In this document: positions 9,520 through 19,262 of the stretch, one piece after another
Position numbering within the stretch: the first letter of the stretch is position 1
How the letters are laid out: each line of letters starts with the position of its first letter
DNA from: Nitrospirota bacterium
GTDB lineage: Bacteria; Nitrospirota; Thermodesulfovibrionia; Thermodesulfovibrionales; Dissulfurispiraceae
DNA length: 64,000 nucleotides
Assembly: GCA_963710375.1 (NCBI GenBank)
Contig: CAVPZX010000006.1
Location: 1 to 64,000, forward strand
Direction of reading: 5' to 3'
Notes under the pieces: model-generated
Seen by the model: only the letters and a program-made list of their open reading frames with translations
What the model was told of the DNA's origin: nothing
The model's database searches: none
Position numbers and translations under genes: made by a program

Positions 9520-11781
9520 TTATTTAGTACTCATAACAAGTCTTCCTTCATCAGTTGCTGAGACAAAAAGCGATTTATGATTATTAATTACATTGGTTCT
9601 GTTGAATTCCATGAATGCCTCTGCCGCCAGAGTGCGGCCATGTTCGAGAATGGCCCGGGCGCCAAAGGAAACAATGTTGGATTTCATAGAAGCGATGACC
9701 TTTGATCCGAGATTTTCATCTAATGCCAAGTCCATTAATTCAAGATTGAGGCGCTCTGCTGCCGAGAGGACAGCGCGTTTGATCGCCCGCTCAACGATGG
9801 ATGACAGGGCGTAACCGTCCAGGGGTTCAAATAGAATGGGTGTCCCGATTCTGCTCAGGAAGGCGCCTGAAAGCATGTTCTTGATCTCCGAGATTACACG
9901 CCGGCTGACATCCACGCGCGAAGGAGTGTTGTTGAAACCGATCCCCTTGCGGACAGTCTCGTCAAGGCCATCGGGCAGGTTCATAGTAAAGGCAAAGATA
10001 ATGTTTGAACACGAAAACATCGCGCCAGTTGCGCTCTGGGCTTCTCCTGTTTCAAGAACCTGAAGGAACAAATCCGCAATCATCGAACGCACAGAGGGTA
10101 CTGCATGGTCCATATCGCTTACCTCAACGACAACGCCGCTGTTTTGCTTGCCTGCCTGTTCCAGGCGGCCCGCCTGATAAGACATCACGATACCCCGGCC
10201 CGACCCGAGAAGCTGACTTGCTGCGGTGTGGTAGTCCGGCATGCTGGCTGCGTCTATGATGATATAGGGAATGCCGAGCCTTTGCGCAAGAAGGACAGCG
10301 CTTTCGGATTTCCCGGTTGCGGGCGTCCCCTGCGCGCAGTATCTGAGCGGCTGATGGCCGGGCCGCGTAAGGGCTTCCATCGAAAGGCGCGAGATAAGCT
10401 GTTCGAGGGCGTGGTCCTGGGCCATCAGGCTCTCCTGAAAAAAAGTCAACAAATCGGGGCTTGTTAAAATCCTTGTGAACCGTTCCTGCACTTCCGGCAA
10501 GCGGCTGACGCGTGGTCTGGGACTCAGACCGGCCAGTGTTTCCGAAAGCCCGGCAACCCTTGTTGCAAAGGATATTGCAGAGGAGTCGGGCGCCTTTATG
10601 CCCTTTGTCCTAATGTATACATTCCTCTCGACGATCACTGGAAGAATCCGCTTCTGCTCAGCCGGACTGAGGCATTGGATATCTGAGAGGGTCTTTTCGT
10701 AAAGTTCATTCTCATCCCGTGCTGACAAGCCCCCTGCGAGTCTGCCTGCGGACTTGACGGCAAAGAGGGTGAGTGCGTTGATATGTATTTCGGGAGCATG
10801 ACAAACAACAGGGAAGAGAGGATCATTGAGCGCGCCCTGACCTCCGTGAAAAACCGACTGGAGCTGTTCCAGTGTGCCGGTGAAGACAACCGGCCTGCGT
10901 ATGGTCGAAAGGGCGGCCAGTAGCGCATCCACTTCTTTCCCCATCTCATAGAGGTTAGACCCGAGACTTATACTCATCGCCGCAATGACAACTCTTCCGG
11001 GGGCCTTCTGAGCCAACTCGGGTATGCCCTTAACTGCAACTGCGGGGGGTGTCAAGACACCGAGTGTATCCCCCGCATCCCTGAGTGCTCCTGCCAAGGC
11101 AGCCATTGCATACTCGTTTTCGATGCTGAACGGTGACGATACAGCAACGTTGACAGATCCTGACAGAAAATCCATGATCTCCCCTGTCCATCTGGAGAGG
11201 TTTGTGCAGTCTCCGGTTTCGGCAGCCTCTAAAGCATGGACAGGCCGCAGGAAATCTGCAAAATCTTTGTAGAGTTTAGTAAGCCTGGAGTCATAGCTTT
11301 TCTCGGGCAGTTCAGCCTGGAGGGTTTTTGCCAGCTCATTTATACGTTTTATCTCCCCAATTAAGGCCATCTCTCTTGTCATAGACATTGGAGATGCCTT
11401 TATATCGAGTGCAACCCATAGGGAAATCTCTCCGCTTGTTTCCTCATGCGGCGGACAGAGCCGGACCCGACTGCCAACCTCGGAAAGATGTTTGAAAAAA
11501 GCGCCTGAGGAGACACGGATGTTTTCATGCCCCCTCACCAGTTCCATACTCAGAGTTATGACCGCGTTGTCAGTCAATTTGCCTGAAACAGAGAGTATCC
11601 CGTCTATGTTTCCTCCGCTCTTCCTTCCGGAATCGAATGAAGATACGTCAGGCCCGACGTGGATATCCAATGACAGCCCTTTCCGGCACAGATCCGCAAC
11701 CTGGTGCAGGGCGTCTCTACACCCCGCCGGTCCCCACGGATCCGTCAGGTTATCGCAGTCTGTGCCGGTATCCTTATTCAT
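9520..11781 (-). CDS. ClpA/ClpB-like AAA+ protein (D2-type domain) with unusual N-terminal region, 753 aa
   Basis: GTPATGKS, ASQLLGSGRGIV, FLQVLETGE, NIIFAFTMN, FLSRI and FGARAI align with Clp D2 motifs; start moved to ATG 11781, downstream of the sigma54 site. Confidence 0.75.
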   Translation of the reverse strand: MNKDTGTDCDNLTDPWGPAGCRDALHQVADLCRKGLSLDIHVGPDVSSFDSGRKSGGNIDGILSVSGKLTDNAVITLSMELVRGHENIRVSSGAFFKHLSEVGSRVRLCPPHEETSGEISLWVALDIKASPMSMTREMALIGEIKRINELAKTLQAELPEKSYDSRLTKLYKDFADFLRPVHALEAAETGDCTNLSRWTGEIMDFLSGSVNVAVSSPFSIENEYAMAALAGALRDAGDTLGVLTPPAVAVKGIPELAQKAPGRVVIAAMSISLGSNLYEMGKEVDALLAALSTIRRPVVFTGTLEQLQSVFHGGQGALNDPLFPVVCHAPEIHINALTLFAVKSAGRLAGGLSARDENELYEKTLSDIQCLSPAEQKRILPVIVERNVYIRTKGIKAPDSSAISFATRVAGLSETLAGLSPRPRVSRLPEVQERFTRILTSPDLLTFFQESLMAQDHALEQLISRLSMEALTRPGHQPLRYCAQGTPATGKSESAVLLAQRLGIPYIIIDAASMPDYHTAASQLLGSGRGIVMSYQAGRLEQAGKQNSGVVVEVSDMDHAVPSVRSMIADLFLQVLETGEAQSATGAMFSCSNIIFAFTMNLPDGLDETVRKGIGFNNTPSRVDVSRRVISEIKNMLSGAFLSRIGTPILFEPLDGYALSSIVERAIKRAVLSAAERLNLELMDLALDENLGSKVIASMKSNIVSFGARAILEHGRTLAAEAFMEFNRTNVINNHKSLFVSATDEGRLVMSTK

Positions 11782-11830
11782 CTGTAGTCTTCCTTGAATT
11801 AGACTTCTATTACATTTTCGTTCCATTAGA

Positions 11831-11846
11831 TGCATCTGCTGTGCCA
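11831..11846 (-). promoter_or_regulatory. sigma54 -24/-12 promoter of the AAA/vWA operon
   Basis: Minus strand TGGCACAGCAGATGCA (GG-N10-GC), 50 bp before the ATG. Confidence 0.7.
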
Positions 11847-12123
11847 CATAATTCAACGGCGCTTGAACTCATTGCTATATAAAGATTTGCAATGAGCCAG
11901 GTACTGAGATGCCTTACGGATTGTTGAATTCAGGGAGTTGAGTTATGTGGAACGACGTTGAGTTGCCTGCTTTGATCCTTAGCTCTTTTCGCCTGTCATT
12001 CAGGAATCTTTCTTAAGTACGAAAGGATTCCCGAGGCTTTGACGGTATCGTAGCAATTACAGTTTCCCGTTGCTTTCCCATGAATTTACTGGTAAGATTC
12101 TTTCATCATGTAGCGGAGGGCCT

Positions 12124-13833
12124 ATGAAAATTCAAAGCCTGAAGTTTACTGCAAACCCCGGGGACAGTCATCCCCTCCAGACCGATTTGGGGATCGGCAG
12201 CCCCCAGGAATTTGAGAAACTAAGAGATGGCACTCTTCCAGTCGCCTACCTTGTCATTAAAGAACATCTCACAACAATCTATGGTTTCAACGACCTTGTT
12301 ATTAACCGGGGAACGAAGAACAAGGGCAAGGGCCTTTTTGACTATTTTAGTGAGATGAATAATGACAAGATATTGGTCATTGACGTAAATTATGATCAGG
12401 GAGGGAGACTGGCAAGTGGCATCAAGAAATTGCTCTTTAATGCATCAGAAAACAAAAAACGCAATGTCTTTATTATCGGAGCGGAGAAAAAGCTCTTTAA
12501 GGAGTTGTGGGACAGAGCCGAAAATACTGAAAAGGCAGAGGCCAAAAAAAAGAGCGGTGCCGTGGCTAAAGATACTCCGCGCGGAAGTGAACAGTGTGAC
12601 CCTGCAACGGCCCGGATATTTGATTTGGTACATGACCATAGCGATAAATCTGATAAGCTTGCAAATGTATATATAGGCTGCTCTGATGAGGCAAAGCTCG
12701 TCAGAAATCTGATACTAAAAGCCAGCATGGTTGATGACCCGGTCATGATCCTTGGTGACACCGGGACAGGCAAGGAAATAATCGCCAACCAGATACATGA
12801 ATGTGGCCAAAAAGGTGGAAAGTTTAAGGTGATAAATTGCGGCGGAATAACCGAGACACTCTTTGAGTCTGAACTGTTTGGATATAAAAAAGGTGCATTT
12901 ACTGATGCGCGTGAGCACAGGGCTGGACTTTGGGTAGAAGCCCAAGATGGAACACTTTTCCTTGATGAGATAGGAGACCTTCCCCTCAGCCAGCAGGTCA
13001 AAATATTGCGCGTCCTTTCTACCGGCACGATCAGACGTGTAGGTGATACAGACGACATTGAAGTCACTGCCCGTGTTGTTACTGCAACAAATCGCAATCT
13101 CTCCTCGATGGTCCAGTCAGGGCAATTCCGGGAAGATTTGTATTACCGACTTCGGGGTTTCCTGATTACTACCTCGCCTCTGAGAAAACATCCAGCGGAT
13201 ATCCCATTGCTTGCGCAGCATTTCTGGAAGAATATAATGAAAGACAACTCCTGTTCACTGCCCGAAGAAATATTGGATGAGCTTCAGTCTTACCTCTGGC
13301 CGGGAAATGCGAAGGAACTCGACATGGTATTAAAGAACCTCCATGCGCTCTACCTTGAGGAATCCAAAGAGGGCAGGCTCAAGGTTGCACACCTAAAGGC
13401 TGTGTTTTATCTCCAAGGACAGAGCGCAGTCATAACTGACGGTCCAGTGACTGAACAGGAAGTCCCAATGTACCGGGCAGAATGCCTGCGACACCTGAAG
13501 CGAGTTAATGAGGTAGTCCATGCGACTAGGGTAACCATACTTTCGGGAATTGAGGGAAGTAGACTCGACCGGTCAATCGAGACTGTTAACAGGTTATTGG
13601 GCCTGCGCCTTCTAGAGCTTGAGAACCTCTGCACCAAACCGTCGCTTTTTGACTCCGAGCCTACCTTCTCGACAGTTTATAAGCTTGTCGGAAAACTTAA
13701 GTATTTTCAGGATCTGCTTCTTGAAGACGGCAAGAAGGCAAGGAGGTATTGGAATAAAGATGTGATGGAAGAGATAAAGGTTGTTATTTCGACTGTCTTT
13801 AGGGAGATTGAGAGGGTTTTGGGGAAGGGGTGA
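12124..13833 (+). CDS. sigma54-dependent activator (bEBP) with atypical N- and C-terminal regions
   Basis: GDTGTGKE, ESELFG, GAFTDA, LFLDEIGD, FREDLYYRL, WPGN; GGAGG SD before ATG 12124. Confidence 0.9.
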   Translation: MKIQSLKFTANPGDSHPLQTDLGIGSPQEFEKLRDGTLPVAYLVIKEHLTTIYGFNDLVINRGTKNKGKGLFDYFSEMNNDKILVIDVNYDQGGRLASGIKKLLFNASENKKRNVFIIGAEKKLFKELWDRAENTEKAEAKKKSGAVAKDTPRGSEQCDPATARIFDLVHDHSDKSDKLANVYIGCSDEAKLVRNLILKASMVDDPVMILGDTGTGKEIIANQIHECGQKGGKFKVINCGGITETLFESELFGYKKGAFTDAREHRAGLWVEAQDGTLFLDEIGDLPLSQQVKILRVLSTGTIRRVGDTDDIEVTARVVTATNRNLSSMVQSGQFREDLYYRLRGFLITTSPLRKHPADIPLLAQHFWKNIMKDNSCSLPEEILDELQSYLWPGNAKELDMVLKNLHALYLEESKEGRLKVAHLKAVFYLQGQSAVITDGPVTEQEVPMYRAECLRHLKRVNEVVHATRVTILSGIEGSRLDRSIETVNRLLGLRLLELENLCTKPSLFDSEPTFSTVYKLVGKLKYFQDLLLEDGKKARRYWNKDVMEEIKVVISTVFREIERVLGKG

Positions 13834-14008
13834 AAGATCTATTTCATTGAATGTTGTTAATAGTTTTGAAGCGTTTCAAGAAATTTGCCGTAGTTGTCCC
13901 TTTAAAAAAAGAAGAACAGGAATAGGGCAGGTATCAGTGGAACCGTCAGCAATCCGTCAGTAAATCCCAATGTCTCAAGATTAAGTGGCTTAAATAAAGG
14001 GTTTGCGG

Positions 14009-14036
14009 GGTAGGGGAAGGAGTTCGAACCCCTCGC
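14009..14036 (-). other. Possible degenerate tRNA 3'-end fragment (att-like scar)
   Basis: Minus strand GCGAGGGGTTCGAACTCCTTCCCCTACC: T-loop GTTCGAA, no 5' half. Confidence 0.3.
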
Positions 14037-14118
14037 TCAAAATTAAGTTGCCCGTAGAGTTCCACGGAAAATTACCCAGCTTTGACTTTTCAGCTATGCG
14101 ACGTTAATATAATTAACG

Positions 14119-14946
14119 ATGGAAACTGCCGATATAGAATATCTGATGGAGCATCCCGAAGAGGCCCTGAGGCTTGATGTAAAAACCAATACTGACCAGG
14201 TAATTAAGCAGGCGCAATGGGCGGGGATTGGTCCTGGCATGCGCGTCGCGGACGTCGGCTGCGGGTCGGGTAAAACGACATTTATTCTGCACGGAATGGT
14301 GCAGCCTGGTGGATCGGTTGTAGGCATCGACGGGTCGCAACAGAGAATCCATTATGCGCAAAAGAAATACTCTTCAGAAGGCATCGAATACATAAAAAGA
14401 GACTTACACGAGCCCCTTGATGATCTCGGGAAATTTGACGCCGTTTGGGTACGATTTTTTCTGGAATACTACCGCGCTGAAGCCTTCGATCTAGTAAGAA
14501 ATATTTCACAACTCGTAAAACCGAACGGAACATTATGCCTTATCGATCTTGACCGCAATTGCTTAAATCTTTATGGTATATCCGACAGGCTGATGCGAAC
14601 AATTCTGCAGGCAGTACAGATCCTCGAAGAAGAAAAGAACTTCGATCCCTACATGGGGGCAAAACTCTTCGGATTCCTTGCAGAGTTGGGGTATGAGGAT
14701 CTTGCATATGATGTAAGCGCTCACCACTTTATCTACGGCGAGCTGAAGGACGCCGACGCCTATAACTGGTTTAAGAAAATGGAAGTGGTCGCTCTTAAAA
14801 CGAATTGTTCGTTTGGAGAATACGAAAACGGCTATGAAGGATTCAAAAAAGAGTTCTATGAGTATATGACCAATCCTAAACGCTTTATTTACACGCCTGT
14901 TATTTGTGCAAAAGGACGAAAGCCGGTTGAATACCAAACACCGTGA
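14119..14946 (+). CDS. Class I SAM-dependent methyltransferase
   Basis: VADVGCGSG motif I; VVGIDGS. Confidence 0.85.
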   Translation: METADIEYLMEHPEEALRLDVKTNTDQVIKQAQWAGIGPGMRVADVGCGSGKTTFILHGMVQPGGSVVGIDGSQQRIHYAQKKYSSEGIEYIKRDLHEPLDDLGKFDAVWVRFFLEYYRAEAFDLVRNISQLVKPNGTLCLIDLDRNCLNLYGISDRLMRTILQAVQILEEEKNFDPYMGAKLFGFLAELGYEDLAYDVSAHHFIYGELKDADAYNWFKKMEVVALKTNCSFGEYENGYEGFKKEFYEYMTNPKRFIYTPVICAKGRKPVEYQTP

Positions 14947-14950
14947 TGGT

Positions 14951-16921
14951 TTAAAAAAGCTTCTGGTTTTCCCGATTGACTAAATTAAAGAATGCGTCAA
15001 GGACTCTACCATCGAAGTGTTGGTCTCTTTCGCTTTTAAGCAGCTCGAAAGCGTCATTTAGCTGCATAGGGCCCCTGTAATGTCTTTTTGCTGTAACGGC
15101 TTCAAAAACGTCTGCGACGGCGAGGATGCGGGCGCCGAGAGGTATTTGTTCCCCTTTAAGTCCATCAGGATAGCCTTTGCCGTTATACTTTTCATGATGC
15201 GCACCGGCTATCTGCGGGACCTCCTTGTATATCCCCTCAAAGTTTATTTGTTCCAGGATTTCCCGTGTTTTTGATGCGTGTTTCTTTATTTCTTCATACT
15301 CATCTGCTGTGAGACGCCCCTCTTTTTTCAGTATTTCATCTTTTATGGCGATTTTTCCGTAATCATGCAGAAGCGCTGCCACGCGTATCACCTCGCAGTA
15401 GTCCTTACCCAGTCCCATTTCTCTGGCGATATTGACGGCATACTTGGTCACGTCCTCGGAATGTCCGGCGGTGAGAAAATCGCGCGCGTCAATGCTTGCT
15501 GCGAGCACCTGCAGTATGTTCTGAAATTGGCGTTCTTTAACCTCGATGAGCATGGCGTTTCTGATGCTTATTGCTATCTCGGGCGCTACTCCCATTAAAA
15601 GGCTTATATCGCTTTGCACCAAAGGTCTTTTTGTCCTTATGTTATCCACGGCGAGGACACCGAGACACTCATGCTCGTATATAATGGGGCAGCATATGAA
15701 TGATTTGGTGCCCATGCTGAGGGCGAATGATAGGCTATGGGGTGACAGATCATGCTGTATTTCATTAACGTCATTAATTAGAAAGGAGCGGTGTTCCCGG
15801 TAGCAGAGGGCGAAGACTCCGCGGGATGCACGGTTGGTGAGGTTGAACTTTGCGTGCATCAGCACTTTAAATTGGTCGTTAGTGTATCCATAGCCGGCCC
15901 GGTAGACAAGTTCTGTTTTTTCCGGATTTGCAAGGAAGATGGCTCCACGATCGTATGAGAGCCTTTTTTGCAATATGTCGGTGACATTGGCGAGGATGTC
16001 TTCTACCTCGAGCTGCTTGCTGAGCGCCATGCCGATTTCATTGATCAACAGGGCATGATTGTAGTTAAGGTCTATGTGCTCTAGCAGCTTGTCTGATGAC
16101 ACATTGACGTTGTTGAGAGCCTCTTTGAACTCTTTGACCTCAAGACGCATGGCATAAAACGTAAGGGCCCATAGAATAAGCATTGATGAGGGAAGACCTG
16201 CAACGAGAGTAAAGTAGGGGTTATAGAGAGAATATCCTGCACACAACGCGACAAGAGCTGCGGCTGCGTAATTACGGCGCTTTCTCCATTGGGCTGCAGG
16301 AGACTCTTGCCATGATACCACGTAGCGGCAGCATTTGCCGCCTTTGTGCAGACATTCTTCATGCTCTAAAACAGGCAGACGGTAATTGAAAACAGCGGTG
16401 CACGCTTCTAAGAAACCCATACGGTTTTGGCATTGGTATGGCTTCTCATTGACTCCTTGAATGTTGCTAACAGTGATTTCGCAGGAGGTCACCGACAGCT
16501 TCTTCCATTTGTATTGTGATGCCCTGGTGAAATTCGTAGCGAACTTCCCTACCAGCTCGTAGACCTTTGAGGGACTGAACAGGCTCAGGAGGTATTGCTG
16601 CATTGTCCCTATCGCTTCCGGTGATGCGGAGTATCTTCCTGCCTCCCGTGCGATGTTGTTATTGCCGGTCAGTTTAACGAGTCTTTCGTAAAAACTGTCT
16701 ACCTGATACTGGTTGAACCAGTGAGCCTCATCCTGGACCTGGTACATCTCCATCCCGGCATAGCTCAGCAGCTCTCTGATGTTGATGTAGCTGTAGTTCT
16801 TTTTTATCATATTGATGTATACGACGATAATACGGCTTGAATATAGCGGCTGGAAGTCGATGGGAGCTGCATGTTCCTCTACTTTGAAAAGCGGCATTAC
16901 GTCAAGATTGTGCTTTTTCAT
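14951..16921 (-). CDS. Membrane HD-GYP phosphodiesterase with V4R-like N-terminus and GAF domain
   Basis: LLHDYGK and HHEKYNGKGYP; GAF region (FICCPII...LAVDN); two TM helices; Cys-rich HEECLHKGGKCC. Confidence 0.85.
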   Translation of the reverse strand: MKKHNLDVMPLFKVEEHAAPIDFQPLYSSRIIVVYINMIKKNYSYINIRELLSYAGMEMYQVQDEAHWFNQYQVDSFYERLVKLTGNNNIAREAGRYSASPEAIGTMQQYLLSLFSPSKVYELVGKFATNFTRASQYKWKKLSVTSCEITVSNIQGVNEKPYQCQNRMGFLEACTAVFNYRLPVLEHEECLHKGGKCCRYVVSWQESPAAQWRKRRNYAAAALVALCAGYSLYNPYFTLVAGLPSSMLILWALTFYAMRLEVKEFKEALNNVNVSSDKLLEHIDLNYNHALLINEIGMALSKQLEVEDILANVTDILQKRLSYDRGAIFLANPEKTELVYRAGYGYTNDQFKVLMHAKFNLTNRASRGVFALCYREHRSFLINDVNEIQHDLSPHSLSFALSMGTKSFICCPIIYEHECLGVLAVDNIRTKRPLVQSDISLLMGVAPEIAISIRNAMLIEVKERQFQNILQVLAASIDARDFLTAGHSEDVTKYAVNIAREMGLGKDYCEVIRVAALLHDYGKIAIKDEILKKEGRLTADEYEEIKKHASKTREILEQINFEGIYKEVPQIAGAHHEKYNGKGYPDGLKGEQIPLGARILAVADVFEAVTAKRHYRGPMQLNDAFELLKSERDQHFDGRVLDAFFNLVNRENQKLF

Positions 16922-18989
16922 GGTGCCATTTATTGATCAAGTGTTCCATGTAGTTGAGATAATCGTCCGAATACTGCACGTCCACTACGAAGAGATTGTA
17001 GCGTTTCTTAGAAATGGCTTGATTGTTCTGCCCGTAATGGGCAGGGAAAAGAAGGACGGGAATGGATTCCTGGTCGTAGAACTTTGAGAGTGCGGAGAGC
17101 ACGGAAGAGATGTTTGCCGGCGAGACATTCTTGCTATCGAGCACGAACACGTGGATGCAGTTTGTAACGTCCGACATGTTCAGTCCGGGGTTTGAGATCA
17201 GCACCATGAAGATCGCCTGTACGTTGCCCCCACTTTTCAAGCTGAACAAATGTCGCTCGCGGTGGAATCCTATTTTCTTGTACTCTTCATCCAGTTCGTG
17301 GGCATGGAGCATGTGCGGCTCGAGGTCCAGGGCGCTTAGCATCAACCCAGACGAAACGTGCTCGTAGAATTGTGCAAGCTCGTAGAGATCGTCTTCGACC
17401 GTTTCTTGAAGATGCAGTCCTTCCTGGATTAACTCGCTCGTGACGAAGCCCTTATTGAAGGAGAAGTAGCCGAATGTGTCGAATGAACATTTTTTGGGGT
17501 CTTGGATTACCTTAACGCAACCGCTATAAATTCGGTCGGCAAAACGGTTGTCCGGTCTGTAGTACCCGATAATAAAGGACATGTGTGTTGTGTAGAACGA
17601 ATAAGAGTCATTAATGTACCGGTGTATTTGATTCATAACTTCGAGGCCTGCGCGGTTATTGCGAGAGCGGCTTGCGTGATGCTCAGTGAGCCAGGAATAC
17701 TCATAAACTCTCAGCGCTGTCATATGGGCCTGTATTCTTCCACGTTCCTGGTAGATAAAGTGACGGGCTATATCAGTATTCGCATAGAGTTTTTTGAATG
17801 TCTCCTTGAACTGCTCTTTTTTTGTATGCATCAGGGCGTACTTGTTGGGGTAGATGAAGCCTGTCTCAAAAAAAAATCTCCAGAGCTCGTTGAGGTCAAT
17901 CCTTGTGGAGACGTATGATTTCCGGTCTTTGGCGTGATGGAGCAGCGAAGAAAGCCGCATTTGGTCATCCATTCCCATGTCAATAGCGGCGATGCCGCAC
18001 CTAGCTAACAACTGGTTGTTATCATCCTTTGCAAGGGTCCGATGGATGACCTGAGCTTTGCATGAAATAGTGAGGTCGCCGGCGACTTCTATGCCAATTT
18101 GAGGGAGTATCATGCCAGGGACCAGGACAGACTCTTCGTAAGACTCTTCGACAAGAAATCCGGATGCAGACAAATTACTGGTTTCCAGGTTGATAAGCTT
18201 GCCGGTGAAAGGATGTGTAAAGACTATGTTAGGGGAGGGATGTAATGTCTGCCTCTGACTTCTATAATCTTTTTGTTTGTAACGCTGTATTGTTTGCTCC
18301 AGGGCTTCGAGCACGAAGATTCTTTTTTCCCGGTTGTTTGTCCGTTTTATAATGCGGCAATTGCCGGAATAGAGAATTTCTCCCCCGACGCGGCTGAATA
18401 TAATAATAGTGACGTTAGCCTCGGTATTGAGCAATTTAAAGGTGACATCAGGAGGTCTTTCAAATATCTCAATTCTGAACGAAAGGGCGCTGAAGTCGAT
18501 AAGCGCTCCCTGGAACTTAATGCCGGATTGAAGGACCTCGACCGGAATGTTACTGCAGCGGTGTCTGCGGACCTTCCGCACTTTGCGTTGGAAACAGTTT
18601 TCCGGTAGTGTCAGTGTGATATAGTCCTGGTGGAGGATGTTTACCATCGGCTGTGCGAACAAGAGGTTTTCCCCATCGGTCAGTCGTATATTCACTAATT
18701 CATAGTTTGCGAGCTTCCTAAGGAGTTGTTCGCCGGGGTTTCTCCACTTGCATGTGAGAGACTCTCCGCTGCACGGTTGGGGCAGAGCCTCTATCGACAG
18801 TACTGCATTATAGCGGCTATGCCTGAATCTGAGTACTACGGTTTCGTCCTGGAAGTGAAGGTAATTGAGAGAGTTGACGATGCGCTGCCGCGGTATTGTC
18901 CTGCACGGCTCATCAATGCTTTCAATATCGAGGTGCTCCACCAGGTTGGCAACTTGGTTGCCCTCCCGGCTGGTCTCTTCATTCTTCAT
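16902..18989 (-). CDS. Large PilZ-domain protein
   Basis: RKVRR...DFSALS and second RSQR...NLSASG PilZ-like motifs. Confidence 0.65.
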   Translation of the reverse strand: MKNEETSREGNQVANLVEHLDIESIDEPCRTIPRQRIVNSLNYLHFQDETVVLRFRHSRYNAVLSIEALPQPCSGESLTCKWRNPGEQLLRKLANYELVNIRLTDGENLLFAQPMVNILHQDYITLTLPENCFQRKVRKVRRHRCSNIPVEVLQSGIKFQGALIDFSALSFRIEIFERPPDVTFKLLNTEANVTIIIFSRVGGEILYSGNCRIIKRTNNREKRIFVLEALEQTIQRYKQKDYRSQRQTLHPSPNIVFTHPFTGKLINLETSNLSASGFLVEESYEESVLVPGMILPQIGIEVAGDLTISCKAQVIHRTLAKDDNNQLLARCGIAAIDMGMDDQMRLSSLLHHAKDRKSYVSTRIDLNELWRFFFETGFIYPNKYALMHTKKEQFKETFKKLYANTDIARHFIYQERGRIQAHMTALRVYEYSWLTEHHASRSRNNRAGLEVMNQIHRYINDSYSFYTTHMSFIIGYYRPDNRFADRIYSGCVKVIQDPKKCSFDTFGYFSFNKGFVTSELIQEGLHLQETVEDDLYELAQFYEHVSSGLMLSALDLEPHMLHAHELDEEYKKIGFHRERHLFSLKSGGNVQAIFMVLISNPGLNMSDVTNCIHVFVLDSKNVSPANISSVLSALSKFYDQESIPVLLFPAHYGQNNQAISKKRYNLFVVDVQYSDDYLNYMEHLINKWHHEKAQS

Positions 18990-19246
18990 AATATAAAACT
19001 AAAATAGCACACAAAACAAAAAAATAGCCATTCTATCTCATTACAGTATTGTTTGTAATTAGAGGGATATGAAGATGTCGTGCTGTTTCTGCGATCAGTC
19101 TTTCGTGGAGTCGGTGTATGTCGCAAATCGGAGTTTAATTTAAGGTTATGTACTTTTCCAATGGACATTGGAATTAATCCATTTCCATGCTGCTTAACAA
19201 TTCTCAGAAATCCCAATAAATCAAGAAGATAATACATTGCTTAGTC

Positions 19247-19262
19247 TGGCATAGCCCTTGCT
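19247..19262 (+). promoter_or_regulatory. sigma54 promoter
   Basis: TGGCATAGCCCTTGCT, about 200 bp upstream of the kinase gene. Confidence 0.6.

Noticed and set aside
11994..12035. REP-like hairpin GGAATCTTTC...GAAAGGATTCC
   Set aside because: Single degenerate copy; cannot be assigned.
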